Sequence record: SRR22947725_330
Strand: one strand, 5' to 3'
DNA: 64,000 bases
The notes under the pieces are model-generated. The model did not search any database. It was not told where the DNA came from and was given only the letters and a program-made list of their open reading frames with translations. The position numbers and the translations under genes are program-made. Shown in pieces: positions 38,726 to 48,929 of the stretch. Within the stretch, counting starts at the first letter, position 1, and the number at the start of each line of letters is the position of its first letter.

Positions 38726-40072
38726 ATGCGCCGTCCCGCTGTCGTCATCGCGATCGCTCTTGCTCTAGCCGGGGCGCTTCCGGTGATCGCTCTGAGCGAC
38801 CCGCAGATCGACGGGCCGGCTGCGGTGGCGCAGCCGGCGGTTCGTGTTCCCGGCCCATCAGGGCCGGACGTCGACGTCGTGACCATCTACAACAGCGGAG
38901 CGCTTCGGTCCGATGTCGGCGCACGGGCGTTGGCTGCGACCCGAGCGGCCGGAGGAACCGGTGCCATCGGTCGCTCTGCGAGTACCGGGATGCGACGCGT
39001 TCGTCGAGGTGGCTCGGTCGTGCAACAGGCACCCTCCGGCTACTCGTATCCCATGGCCACGACGGTGCTACCGGCACATGCGGTCGCAAATCTGATGGGC
39101 AACGACGTTGCTGCAGTCCTGACCGCCAACGACATCGTGATGGGTCAACTGACAGCCGAGCTGCGCGGGGCTCGTGCTGGTGACGTTGTCGACCTCGTCG
39201 CTTCCAACGGTGCGGTACTGCAGTTCACCATTGCGAAGGTCGTCTCAGACGAAATCTCCGGTGGTACCGAATTGTTGTTGTCGATTGAGGCGGCGGAGCG
39301 TCTCGGCGTCACGCGTGAGAGCCGGATGGTGCTCTGGGGCTTCGACTCGCGAGCCTCGCTCGATGCCGAACTCATCAGGCAGAACTTGATCAGTACATCG
39401 ATTCGCGTGCGCCGCAGCTGGGATCCGCCAGATCCGGATGCGACGCTCGGGATGGCGCAAACCAAAGCTGCCCTGGGCGAATTTGCCTACCGTGTGAACA
39501 GCAACGGATCGGTGTCGATCGACAGCACCTGGAAGAACGCGAACATCTCGGCGGGCTCCATCGGTCAGCTGAGTCTGAGGTCCGGGTGTCACAACCTCGT
39601 ACGCGCCGCGCTGACGAACGCGATGAACGAAGTCATCGCGTCCGGCCTCCAGAACACGATCAACTACTTCCATGCGAATACGGCAGGTGGCTGTTATGTG
39701 CCGCGATTCAACAGACTGACCCCAAACAGCAGCATCGGCTTCTTGTCCCGCCACACCTGGGGCCAGGCGGTCGATACGAACACCGTCGGTTCGTGCCAAG
39801 GATGTGCCCCGCCGGATTTCGCGGACCCTGTCCGCAAACCTGGGGGATGCGATGTGGTGCGGATCTTCCGGAAGCATGGCTTTGCCTGGGGCGGCAACTT
39901 CTTGACGCCTGACGGTATGCACTTTGAATGGGTCGGCAAGCGACGCGACGTCGGGTTGTACCCGAGCAGGTACTGCGGCAACACGAATGCCGGATCGTTG
40001 GCTGCCCTGGATGGCGAATCCGAACGGTCGACGATCTTCGCTGACGACGGCCTGTACGTCGGCGACCACTGA
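38726..40072 (+). CDS. Secreted M15-family (D,D-carboxypeptidase-like) metallopeptidase with N-terminal extension
   Basis: Signal peptide; SRHTWGQAVD, GFAWGG, DGMHFE. Confidence 0.85.
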   Translation: MRRPAVVIAIALALAGALPVIALSDPQIDGPAAVAQPAVRVPGPSGPDVDVVTIYNSGALRSDVGARALAATRAAGGTGAIGRSASTGMRRVRRGGSVVQQAPSGYSYPMATTVLPAHAVANLMGNDVAAVLTANDIVMGQLTAELRGARAGDVVDLVASNGAVLQFTIAKVVSDEISGGTELLLSIEAAERLGVTRESRMVLWGFDSRASLDAELIRQNLISTSIRVRRSWDPPDPDATLGMAQTKAALGEFAYRVNSNGSVSIDSTWKNANISAGSIGQLSLRSGCHNLVRAALTNAMNEVIASGLQNTINYFHANTAGGCYVPRFNRLTPNSSIGFLSRHTWGQAVDTNTVGSCQGCAPPDFADPVRKPGGCDVVRIFRKHGFAWGGNFLTPDGMHFEWVGKRRDVGLYPSRYCGNTNAGSLAALDGESERSTIFADDGLYVGDH

Positions 40073-40136
40073 ACGCCCGTGACATCACGGCCCATCGGTC
40101 GACGCCCCGAGTCAATTACTCGCGTAGCCTGACGAC

Positions 40137-41504
40137 GTGAGCACACGATTTGTCATCCTCGGCGGCGGCCCAGCCGGTAACAATGCGGCGACCCATGCGG
40201 CGCGGATGGGGGCTGAGGTCACCATGGTCGAGCGCGACGTCGTCGGTGGAGCTGCCCACCTGTGGGACTGCATTCCGTCGAAGACAATGATTGCCACCGG
40301 TGGCGCGATCAGCTTCTCGAATCGTCTCGAAGGTATGGGGTTGGAGAACAACGATGCCGAAGTCGACGTCGAGAGCCTGACCACCCGCATCGAGAGCATC
40401 AAGAACCGGATGCGCGACAACAACACCGAGATCCTCGAGAGCCAGGGCATTCGCATTCTTCGTGGGTCGGGCAGGTTCACGGGTCCGAACACAATGGAAG
40501 TCGAATGTGCCGATGGCCTCCAGACCGTCGAGTTCGACGCAGCGCTGGTATCAACCGGCTCGCAGCCGCGCGTTCCCGAGTGGTGCCACCCCGACGGTGA
40601 CCGGATCCTCACGACACGCGACTGTTACCCGCCCAAGGTATTTCCCGCCAGCGTCACCGTCGTCGGCTCCGGTGTCACCGGCGTGGAGTTCGTCCACATG
40701 TTCTCATCGTTCGGAGCCAAGGTCACCCTCGTCGTCAGCCGGCAGCAGGTGCTGCCCGGCAAGGACCCCGAAGTCGCTGCCGTGCTTGAGCAGGAGTTCA
40801 TGCGTCGTGGCGTGAAACTGGTGATGGGTGCCCGGGCAGAGGCAATCGAGCGTTCCGAGGCTGGCGACACCGTTGTTGTCCGCTGCGACGATGGTCGAGT
40901 GATCGAATCGTCTCATGCAGTGTTGGCGATCGGTTCTGTGCCGAACACCGCCGGTATTGGCCTCGATGCGGCAGGGGTCGACGTCAATGACTGGGGCTAC
41001 GTCGACATCAACCAGCACTGTGTCACCAACGTCGGGCACATTTATGCAGCGGGCGATATCAGTGGCAAGCTCCCGCTGTCATCCGTGGCGTCGATTCAGG
41101 GTCGCAAGGTCGCCGAACACGTGATGGGCCTCCACACCCGCAACCATCGCCACCTCGACTACGACAAAGCCGCCTCGGCGATCTTCACCGAGCCTGAAAT
41201 TGCCGACGTCGGCCTCGCAGAGGCGGAGGCATTCGCGTCGGGTCGCAAGATCCGCGTGACCAAGGTGCCCTTCTCGTCGACGGCAAAGGCAATGATCAAC
41301 AGCGACACTCGAGGATTCGTCAAGATTATCTCCGACCCGAACACCGGTGAGATTCTCGGCGGATCGATTGTCGGCCGTCACGCAGCCGAATTGATCTCCG
41401 TCATCGCGGTCGCAGTGACGGCAAGCTTGACGGTGAGCGACCTGGTTGAGAGCATCCTCGTGCATCCGGCGCTGAGCGAAGCGCTTGCCGAAGCAGCGGA
41501 GTAG
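40137..41504 (+). CDS. NAD(P)H-quinone dehydrogenase (mycobacterial LpdA-type flavoprotein)
   Basis: GGGPAG, single-Cys AHLWDCIPSK, GSGVTG; lacks the HxxxxE plus CxxxxC set of a true Lpd. Confidence 0.85.
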   Translation: MSTRFVILGGGPAGNNAATHAARMGAEVTMVERDVVGGAAHLWDCIPSKTMIATGGAISFSNRLEGMGLENNDAEVDVESLTTRIESIKNRMRDNNTEILESQGIRILRGSGRFTGPNTMEVECADGLQTVEFDAALVSTGSQPRVPEWCHPDGDRILTTRDCYPPKVFPASVTVVGSGVTGVEFVHMFSSFGAKVTLVVSRQQVLPGKDPEVAAVLEQEFMRRGVKLVMGARAEAIERSEAGDTVVVRCDDGRVIESSHAVLAIGSVPNTAGIGLDAAGVDVNDWGYVDINQHCVTNVGHIYAAGDISGKLPLSSVASIQGRKVAEHVMGLHTRNHRHLDYDKAASAIFTEPEIADVGLAEAEAFASGRKIRVTKVPFSSTAKAMINSDTRGFVKIISDPNTGEILGGSIVGRHAAELISVIAVAVTASLTVSDLVESILVHPALSEALAEAAE

Positions 41505-41612
41505 TCAACCCGATCAGGCTCTCACTCGAGGGTCGTGTCGGGCGTTGGTTGCCGCCAACTTGATCGGGCTGTGGTGACTGATTTGACCATCGCATCGCCG
41601 TACTGTTGCGGC

Positions 41613-41957
41613 GTGACGGTGAGCAGGAGTCGACGCGCAAAGGCCGCACGCAAGCGGAAGCGACGCATGGACGATGTCGAGCATGACTTGACCGACGAGC
41701 AATGGGCGCAGCTGCAGGAATTGTGGGGTGGTTGTGCCTATTGCGGAAGACAGCCAACCGAGACCATGCAGCGTGATTGCGTTCTCGCGCTGTCGCGTGG
41801 AGGGCGCTACACCCTTGACAACATCGTGCCGGCGTGCCGAAGCTGCAACGCGAGTAAGAGCAACGGCGAGGTCACGACCTGGATGCGGCGCAAGCGGCTC
41901 GATGAGCCGGCATTCCTGCTGCGTCGTGCGGAGATCAGCCGAGATCTGCACGGCTAG
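41613..41957 (+). CDS. Small HNH endonuclease
   Basis: CAYCG...GG..TLDNIVPACRSCNASK. Confidence 0.85.
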   Translation: MTVSRSRRAKAARKRKRRMDDVEHDLTDEQWAQLQELWGGCAYCGRQPTETMQRDCVLALSRGGRYTLDNIVPACRSCNASKSNGEVTTWMRRKRLDEPAFLLRRAEISRDLHG

Positions 41958-41966
41958 ATGTACTTG

Positions 41967-43604
41967 CTAGACGTACGTTGAACCCTTCATCGCGCCAACG
42001 TCCTTGCGCATCTCGACGTTGACCAGGGCGGGTTTCCCAGAAGCGAAGGCGCGCTCAATGGCGCCGCGAATCTCATGCGGCTGGGTGACGTGCTCGCCAT
42101 GACCGCCGAGCGCCTCGACCACCTTGTCGTAGCGCGTGGCCCTCAGCTCAGTGGCGACGAGTCGGTCCTCACCGTAAATCATCGCCTGAGGACGCATCAT
42201 CTGTCCCCAGGCTGCGTCGTTGCCAACGACGCCGACGATGGGCAGCCCGAACCGCACGGCGGTGTCGAACTCGAAGCCATTGAGTCCAAACGATCCGTCG
42301 CCGTAGATGATCATCACCCGGCGATCCGGGTTGGCAATTTGCGCTGCGAGCGCGAACGGCATGCCGACGCCGAGCGTTCCAAGAGGTCCGGGGTCCATCC
42401 AGGTGCCGTTCGGCGGGACCCTGAGCACCTTGGAAGCCTGGGCAACGATGTCGCCACCGTCGCCGATGACGATCATCTCATTGTCGGCCGCAACGAAGTC
42501 GGCGATCTCGTGACACAGACGCATCGGGTCAATAGGCACTTCGTCGGAGTGCAACTGGGCGGCCAGGGCTGCGTCCGCAGCGTCCTCGATCGTGCGCAGG
42601 TGAGCTGTGTGTTCGGAGAAATCGAGGCTGCCGTTGAGGGCGTCGGTGAGCGCATCGAGGTTGACGCCCAGATTCCCGACGAGACCGATGTCAGCTGACC
42701 GGTTCTGGCCGATCAGCGTGTCGTCGAGATCGAGTTGAACGATCTGTGCGTCGGCAGGAATTGAGGCGCCGTACTTCATCCGGAAGTCGAGCGGGGTGCC
42801 AGCCAACACCACGACATCCGCTGCTGCGAGGGCCTCTTTTCGGCTCCGATTGAAGAACTGCGGATGATCCATCGGGAGTTGTCCCCGGCCCATCCCGTTC
42901 GTGTACACCGGCGATCGGGTCGCCTCGGCGAAACGGCGAAGTGCGGGGCCGCCTTCGGACCACTTGAGCGCAGTGCCAGCCATCACCATGGGGCGTTTGG
43001 CCTGGCGGAGGAGTTTGGCGGCGACCTCGATCGAGGCTGCCGGTGCCGATGATGCAACGCGGTAGTCGCGGAACGTTGGCAGTGTGATGGCTTCGACGTC
43101 GATCGGGCTGTGCAAGACATCCATCGGGATCTCGAGGAACGCTGGGCCCGGAACGCCAGACATCGCGTGGCGCACCGCCTGCTCGACGTACTCCCCGATG
43201 CGGGCGGTCTCGTAGCAGGTGTCCGCCCACTTGGTGATCGGACGCATCAGCGACACGTGGTCCATCTCTTGGAGCGAGCCTCGGCGCAGGTTGTTGAACG
43301 GGCCCTGCCCGCCAAAGACGACGATCGGGGAGTTGGCCCGCCACGCGTTGGCGACGCCGGTGACACCGTCGGTCACTCCTGGTCCGGCTGTGAGGATCGC
43401 AACACCGACCTTGCCGGGGTTCAGCCGTGCCCATGCATCAGCGGCGTGCGTCGCGGCCTGCTCGTGGCGCACGTCGATGACCCGGATGCCTTCGTCGAGG
43501 CATCCGTCATAGATGCCCATGACATGGCCACCGGACAGAGTGAAGACGCACTCCACCCCAGCGGCCTTGAGTGCCTTCGCTGCAAGTCGTCCACCGTGGC
43601 TCAT
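41967..43604 (-). CDS. ThDP-dependent enzyme (IlvG/2-hydroxyacyl-CoA lyase-like)
   Basis: LSGGH, RHEQAA, TAGPG, GDGSFG...GND. Confidence 0.88.
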   Translation of the reverse strand: MSHGGRLAAKALKAAGVECVFTLSGGHVMGIYDGCLDEGIRVIDVRHEQAATHAADAWARLNPGKVGVAILTAGPGVTDGVTGVANAWRANSPIVVFGGQGPFNNLRRGSLQEMDHVSLMRPITKWADTCYETARIGEYVEQAVRHAMSGVPGPAFLEIPMDVLHSPIDVEAITLPTFRDYRVASSAPAASIEVAAKLLRQAKRPMVMAGTALKWSEGGPALRRFAEATRSPVYTNGMGRGQLPMDHPQFFNRSRKEALAAADVVVLAGTPLDFRMKYGASIPADAQIVQLDLDDTLIGQNRSADIGLVGNLGVNLDALTDALNGSLDFSEHTAHLRTIEDAADAALAAQLHSDEVPIDPMRLCHEIADFVAADNEMIVIGDGGDIVAQASKVLRVPPNGTWMDPGPLGTLGVGMPFALAAQIANPDRRVMIIYGDGSFGLNGFEFDTAVRFGLPIVGVVGNDAAWGQMMRPQAMIYGEDRLVATELRATRYDKVVEALGGHGEHVTQPHEIRGAIERAFASGKPALVNVEMRKDVGAMKGSTYV

Positions 43605-43685
43605 GGTGTGTCCCCTTCGCGTTGTCTGTTCCCCACTCCAGACGGTAGCGAACGAGCAACGGTCGGTGCCGACCGGAGCCTTTGC

Positions 43686-45449
43686 CTATTCGATGATGGC
43701 GAGGATGTCCCCGCCACCGACCGTGTCTCCAGCTGCGACCTTGAGTTCTTTGACTGTGCCGGCCTTCTCAGCGTTGATCTGGTTCTCCATCTTCATCGCT
43801 TCGAGCACGACGATGCCGGCGCCGGCCTCGACGCTGTCGCCGACCTCAACGAGCAGCTTGACGATCGTGCCCTGCATGGGTGCCTCGACGCTGCCAGATG
43901 CAGCTCCTCCGCCACCGCCGCCGGACGCTGACCGCTTCTTCTTCTTGGCTGCGGGCGCAGCTGCGCCGACTGGGGCTTCCGGGACCCACATGTTGACGTC
44001 AAACCGTTTGCCGTTGACCTCGACTGTCGTGGATCGACGCACGAGCGGCTCGGTGTCGTCGTCCTGCTCGGGTGCACCCGTGGGTTGGCCGGTGACACCG
44101 GTGAGGTCGAGTGTCTGCTCGACCCACTTGGTGGAGTGTTCCATCGCCGCGAAGTCAGGGTGTCGCAAGATGGCGAGGTCGGCCGGAATGGTGGTCGCAA
44201 CGCCTTCGACAACGAGTTCTTCGAGTGCTCGAATCGTGCGGGCGATTGCCACCTCGCGGTTGCGGCCCCACACGACGAGTTTGCCGACCAGGTTGTCGTA
44301 GAACTGGCTGATCTCGTCGCCGGAGAGATACCCGGAATCGAAACGCACACCGAAGCCGTCGGGCGCGACCAGCTTGGAGATCGGCCCGGGCGAGGGGAGG
44401 AACTTGCCTTCGGCCGGGTCCTCGGCGTTGATCCGGATCTCGATGGAGTGGCCGCGGCGCAGGGCGCTGACTTCGTCCTGAGTCATCGGAAGTTCTTCAC
44501 CAGCGGCGACCCGGATCTGCCACTCGACGAGATCGATGTCCGTGATCATTTCGCTGACGCAGTGCTCGACCTGCAACCGCGTGTTCATCTCAAGGAAGAA
44601 GAACTCCGAGTCCTGGTAAATGAACTCGACTGTGCCGGCGCCGTAGTAGCCAACGGCCTTGGCTGCCTTGACGGCTGCCTCGCCCATCGCCTCTTCGATG
44701 CCGTCCGCCAAGTCCGGAGCGGGAGCCTCTTCGATGAGCTTCTGGTGACGTCGCTGTGCCGAGCAATCGCGACTCGAAATCCAGACGCAGTTGCCCTGCT
44801 TGTCGCCGACCAGTTGGATCTCGACGTGGCGCGGCCAGGTGAGGTAGCGCTCGACATAGACCTCGTCACGACCAAAGAATGCAAGTGCTTCGCGTTGCGC
44901 GCTTGCGAAGGCGTCGTCGACCTCATCGGCATTGTTGACCACCTTCATGCCTCGCCCGCCGCCACCGAAAGCAGCTTTGATGACCGCCGGCCAACCGTTC
45001 TCGTTGCCAAAATCCCGGATCTCGTCGGGGCCCTGGGCGAACTCAGTCGTCCCAGGGACAACCGGAGCACCGCCACGGATGGCCGCCTGACGGCTCGAGA
45101 CCTTGTCGCTCATCTCGTCCATTGCCGTTGCCGGTGGTCCAATGAACTCGACGCCCATCTCGGCGATGGCGCGTGCGAAGTCGGCGTTCTCAGAAAAGAA
45201 GCCATAACCGGGGTGCACCGCATCGGCACCGCTCTTGGCGATCGCGTCGAGCACCGCTTCGGTGTTGATGTAACTCTCGGCGGCAGTTTGGCCGCCGAGA
45301 GCGAACGCTTCGTCTGCGAGGCGCACATGGAGGGCGTCTCGATCGAGTTCGGAATACACCGCGACAGTCGCGATGCCCATCTCCCGAGCCGCTCGGATGA
45401 CACGGACGGCAATCTCGCCGCGGTTGGCAATCAGAATCTTCTTGAGCAC
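43686..45449 (-). CDS. Acyl-CoA carboxylase alpha subunit (biotin carboxylase + BCCP; AccA3-like)
   Basis: ILIANRGEIA, HPGYGF, EMNTRLQVEH, EAMKM. Confidence 0.95.
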   Translation of the reverse strand: MLKKILIANRGEIAVRVIRAAREMGIATVAVYSELDRDALHVRLADEAFALGGQTAAESYINTEAVLDAIAKSGADAVHPGYGFFSENADFARAIAEMGVEFIGPPATAMDEMSDKVSSRQAAIRGGAPVVPGTTEFAQGPDEIRDFGNENGWPAVIKAAFGGGGRGMKVVNNADEVDDAFASAQREALAFFGRDEVYVERYLTWPRHVEIQLVGDKQGNCVWISSRDCSAQRRHQKLIEEAPAPDLADGIEEAMGEAAVKAAKAVGYYGAGTVEFIYQDSEFFFLEMNTRLQVEHCVSEMITDIDLVEWQIRVAAGEELPMTQDEVSALRRGHSIEIRINAEDPAEGKFLPSPGPISKLVAPDGFGVRFDSGYLSGDEISQFYDNLVGKLVVWGRNREVAIARTIRALEELVVEGVATTIPADLAILRHPDFAAMEHSTKWVEQTLDLTGVTGQPTGAPEQDDDTEPLVRRSTTVEVNGKRFDVNMWVPEAPVGAAAPAAKKKKRSASGGGGGGAASGSVEAPMQGTIVKLLVEVGDSVEAGAGIVVLEAMKMENQINAEKAGTVKELKVAAGDTVGGGDILAIIE

Positions 45450-45468
45450 GGGTGCCAATGTAGGCGGC

Positions 45469-46242
45469 ATGAGCCCGGCGTCAGGCATTTCCAAGACGGA
45501 CGAATGGCACGTTTCTGTCGTGGCCGAGACGGGGAGCACCAATGATGATCTGCTTCGTGCGGCGGAACTGGGTGAGCTGGCGGATCGAACTGTGCTCCGC
45601 GCCGAGCATCAGACGGCAGGGCGCGGTCGACTCGACCGGCGATGGGATGCTCCGGCGGGAAGCAACCTGCTCGCATCGATGTACCTCATGTCCCCAGGCG
45701 ATCGGCCGACGTCAATGCTGCAACGGGTCGGCGTCGCGATTGTTGACGCTGTCAACCAGCTGGCGGGGTTGAAGATCGAGGCGAACGAGCGGGCGAGCTT
45801 GGGTCTGAAGTGGCCGAACGACGTGTTGCTCGACGGTCGCAAGCTTGCCGGCGTGCTGGCGCAACGTTCGACGTCGGCGCCAGGTCTGATTGTCGGGTTC
45901 GGCGTCAACGTCGCGTGGGCGCCGCCAGAGGGGGCGCGCGTCAACGATCTCGTGGAATGCACCGCTGAGCAGCTGCTCGTGGAGGTGCTCAATGCATTCG
46001 ACGCGCAATCGGGTGATCCGGCGGTCCTCGCTCAGACCTACCGGGCTCGATTGCTGACGCTCGGGCAATTCGTTCGCGTCCACCTCCCTGGCAATATGAC
46101 CTTTGAGGGCCAAGCCGTTGACATCGACGCCGAGGGGCGCATCATCGTGGTCTCCGAGATGGGTGAGAAGCGGGTCTTTGATGTAGGTGATGTTGTGCAC
46201 CTGCGGCCCGGAACACACGGTGCCAATATCGCATCGGATTGA
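45469..46242 (+). CDS. birA: Biotin--[acetyl-CoA-carboxylase] ligase
   Basis: STN, QTAGRGR, LKWPND, KLAGVL. Confidence 0.93.
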   Translation: MSPASGISKTDEWHVSVVAETGSTNDDLLRAAELGELADRTVLRAEHQTAGRGRLDRRWDAPAGSNLLASMYLMSPGDRPTSMLQRVGVAIVDAVNQLAGLKIEANERASLGLKWPNDVLLDGRKLAGVLAQRSTSAPGLIVGFGVNVAWAPPEGARVNDLVECTAEQLLVEVLNAFDAQSGDPAVLAQTYRARLLTLGQFVRVHLPGNMTFEGQAVDIDAEGRIIVVSEMGEKRVFDVGDVVHLRPGTHGANIASD

Positions 46243-46292
46243 TCTGCTGTGGTGCCGCACGCCCAGCCCGCCCCCCGGTTAGCGTTCTTCTG

Positions 46293-47330
46293 ATGCAGCA
46301 GTACCCAGGGGGCGATCAGTACGCCGACGCCCCAAAGAGGCGGCGTCGCCGGAGCTCGGCACCGCTCGCCTTGCTGTTCGCGCTCCTCACTGCGGCTGTC
46401 GGCGCGGCAGGCGTGATTCGCGCTGCGGACGACCGCACCGCAAATGTTGAGCGGATCGAGGGGCTTGAGGAGATCTTGGTCGCCGTCGAGGGGCCCGCCG
46501 TCAACTATCTCCTCATTGGTTCGGACTCACGAGAGGGTTCGGACCCGAATGCACCCGACTTCGGCGGTATCGGCGACACCAGTGCGGTGCAGGGCCGTCG
46601 CAGCGACACGATCATGGTGCTCCGTCAAGAAAAGGACGGCAACGGTGCGGCGCTGATGAGCATCCCGCGCGACCTCTTGGTCACCATCGCCGGGTCTGGC
46701 AAGCAGGATCGCATCAACTCGGCCTACAACGACGGTGCCGACGTGCTTGCTGCCACGGTCACCCAAGAACTCGGCATCCCGATCAACCATGTGGTCGACA
46801 TTGACTTCTTCAGTTTCAAGGAGCTTGTTGACGCCGTCGGCGGCGCCACCATCTGCTTCGAGTACGTCACACGCGATCTCAACTCCGGACTGGCTCAGGA
46901 GCCGGGATGCAACCGGCTTGACGGGGTGCAGGCGCTGGCGTACGCACGGAGCCGTAACTACGAAGAGTTCCGCGACGGAGACTGGCGCAAAGACCCCACT
47001 GCCGACCTCGGCCGGATTCAGCGGCAGCAGGCGTTTATCTCCACGATCGTCGACGCCACAATGACCGAACTGCAGTCCGATCCGTTTCTAGCGTCGGAGC
47101 TGATCGACGCAGTCAGCAGCTCGGTTCGCATCGATGCTGGCCTCGACCCAATCGCTGCGGCAGGCACGTTGCGCAAGGCGTTCGCGACAGGGTTGGCGAC
47201 GTACCAACTCGACGCACGCGGCGAGAACTTCAACGGCAAGTCGATCCTGCGGCTCAACGATTCGTCGAAGCCCATCCTCGACTACTTCCGCGGTATCGGC
47301 CCGTTGCCTGTCGTCACAGTTGCCGAATGA
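46293..47330 (+). CDS. LCP (LytR-CpsA-Psr) family protein
   Basis: LIGSDSR, RSDTIM, SIPRD, INSAY, ARSR, DLGRIQRQQ. Confidence 0.93.
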   Translation: MQQYPGGDQYADAPKRRRRRSSAPLALLFALLTAAVGAAGVIRAADDRTANVERIEGLEEILVAVEGPAVNYLLIGSDSREGSDPNAPDFGGIGDTSAVQGRRSDTIMVLRQEKDGNGAALMSIPRDLLVTIAGSGKQDRINSAYNDGADVLAATVTQELGIPINHVVDIDFFSFKELVDAVGGATICFEYVTRDLNSGLAQEPGCNRLDGVQALAYARSRNYEEFRDGDWRKDPTADLGRIQRQQAFISTIVDATMTELQSDPFLASELIDAVSSSVRIDAGLDPIAAAGTLRKAFATGLATYQLDARGENFNGKSILRLNDSSKPILDYFRGIGPLPVVTVAE

Positions 47331-47337
47331 GCCGTCA

Positions 47338-48180
47338 ATGAAGGTGTTGATCACCGGCGCAGCCGGTCAGCTCGGAGTGGAACTCGTGCAACATTGCATC
47401 GAGATGGGCGACGACGTGGTTGCGGCGGACCGGAGCGATGTGGACATCACCGATGCCGCTGCCGTCGACGCGTTCCTTGCTCAGCACCTTCCGGATGCCG
47501 TGATCAATGCCGCCGCCTACACAGCAGTCGATGCATGCGAGACCAACGTCGATATCGCCCAGGCAGTGAATGGAACCGCTGTTGGAATCGTGAGCGCCGC
47601 GTGCGAGAAATTCGGTGCACACCTCGTGCACGTCAGCACCGACTATGTCTTCGACGGCACGCTCGACCGTCCCTACGTCGAGACCGACGAAACGAACCCG
47701 CAGTCGGTGTACGGACGCACGAAGCTCGCCGGCGAAATCGCAGCCGGTTCGGCTGCATCGATCGCCCGCACATCGTGGGTCTGCGGCGAGTACGGAGACA
47801 ACATGGTGAAGCTCATCCTTCGTCTGGCGGCGGGGGACGCGCCACTCGCTTTTGTCGACGACCAGCGCGGCCACCCGAGCTTTACGGCCGACCTCGCGCC
47901 CGCGCTGCGCACCCTCGCTCTCGAGCGGCGGGCGGGCACCTTCCATCTCACCAATGGTGGCGCCGTTTCGTGGTTCGAGTTTGTCGGCGACATTCTGGAA
48001 GCAGCGGGCCACCAACGCGGGCGAGTGTCGCCGATTGCCACTGCCGATCTTGATCCGCCTCGTCCAGCACCACGGCCAGCGAACAGCGTGCTCGACAACG
48101 CTGCCTGGAAGGCTGCGGGCAAAGAGCCGCTGCGAGACTTCCGCGAGCCCCTCGCCGAATTGGTCGCGCGACTGACCTGA
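47338..48180 (+). CDS. rfbD: dTDP-4-dehydrorhamnose reductase
   Basis: GAAGQLG, STDYVFDG, YGRTKLAGE, PAPRP. Confidence 0.95.
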   Translation: MKVLITGAAGQLGVELVQHCIEMGDDVVAADRSDVDITDAAAVDAFLAQHLPDAVINAAAYTAVDACETNVDIAQAVNGTAVGIVSAACEKFGAHLVHVSTDYVFDGTLDRPYVETDETNPQSVYGRTKLAGEIAAGSAASIARTSWVCGEYGDNMVKLILRLAAGDAPLAFVDDQRGHPSFTADLAPALRTLALERRAGTFHLTNGGAVSWFEFVGDILEAAGHQRGRVSPIATADLDPPRPAPRPANSVLDNAAWKAAGKEPLRDFREPLAELVARLT

Positions 48181-48334
48181 TCGGTGCACGTCAGCTCCTC
48201 GTTCGAGGCAACAGAGAAACCGAGGGCGCTCTTGCCCGGGCTGCCCGCGATGGTGCGGGCGGGGGTGCCGCAGATCGTGGCGACTGGCGCCAACGCAATA
48301 TCTTGACTCAAGCTGGCCGAGCGAAGAGGGGACG

Positions 48335-48916
48335 ATGGGATTCAGCAGAGACGAACTCATGTCGTATGTCGATGCGACCGTGCCGGACCTGATTGGCGAT
48401 GACGCTGACGGGAGCCGACTTCGATTGTTGTTTGTCGGGATCAACCCGGGGCTCTGGACCGCGGCGACCCAAACACATTTTGCTCACCCCGGCAACCGGT
48501 TCTATCCGGCGCTGTTCGCCGCGGGCATCATTGAGCGCGAGATCGATCGCGGGGTCGGCATGACCACGCAAGACCAGGCGTACTTCGTCGGTCGCGGTCT
48601 TGGCATTTCGAACATCGCGCATCGCGCCACAGCGAAGGCGTCGTCGCTCACGGCCGACGAACTCCGCGCTGGCGGCGAGCAACTTCGTGAGTTGGTTCGA
48701 ACCTGTCGGCCGCTGGTCGTCGCCATCGCCGGGATCACGGCGTACCGGTCGGCCTTCCGTCAGCCCAAAGCGGTCATGGGGGAGCAACCAGAGGGCTTCG
48801 AGGGAGCGAAACTGTGGGTCGTTCCGAACCCCAGCGGGCTCAACGCGCACGAGACGACGACCTCGTTGGCTGCGGCGTATCGGGCAGCAGCAGTCGCGGC
48901 TGGCGTCGTCGACTGA
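48335..48916 (+). CDS. mug: G/U mismatch-specific uracil-DNA glycosylase
   Basis: GINPG, HFAHPGNRF, PNPSGLNAH. Confidence 0.92.
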   Translation: MGFSRDELMSYVDATVPDLIGDDADGSRLRLLFVGINPGLWTAATQTHFAHPGNRFYPALFAAGIIEREIDRGVGMTTQDQAYFVGRGLGISNIAHRATAKASSLTADELRAGGEQLRELVRTCRPLVVAIAGITAYRSAFRQPKAVMGEQPEGFEGAKLWVVPNPSGLNAHETTTSLAAAYRAAAVAAGVVD

Positions 48917-48929
48917 ATCAACCGTCTGG

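Noticed and set aside
40137-41504. Missing first redox Cys as a defect or recoding event
   Set aside because: Normal for the LpdA quinone-reductase subfamily; no stop codon is involved.
41613-41957. HNH as part of a defence system or mobile element
   Set aside because: Stand-alone small HNH with no methylase, repeats, integrase or other partner nearby.
44085-45545. Long antisense ORFs (also 3289-4575, 21074-22567, 37553-38524 and others)
   Set aside because: Shadows of well-supported genes on the opposite strand, typical of GC-rich DNA; no family motifs.
48181-48311. Minus-strand peptide ATICGTPARTI resembling a hexapeptide acetyltransferase C-terminus
   Set aside because: Too short and weak to support a gene remnant.
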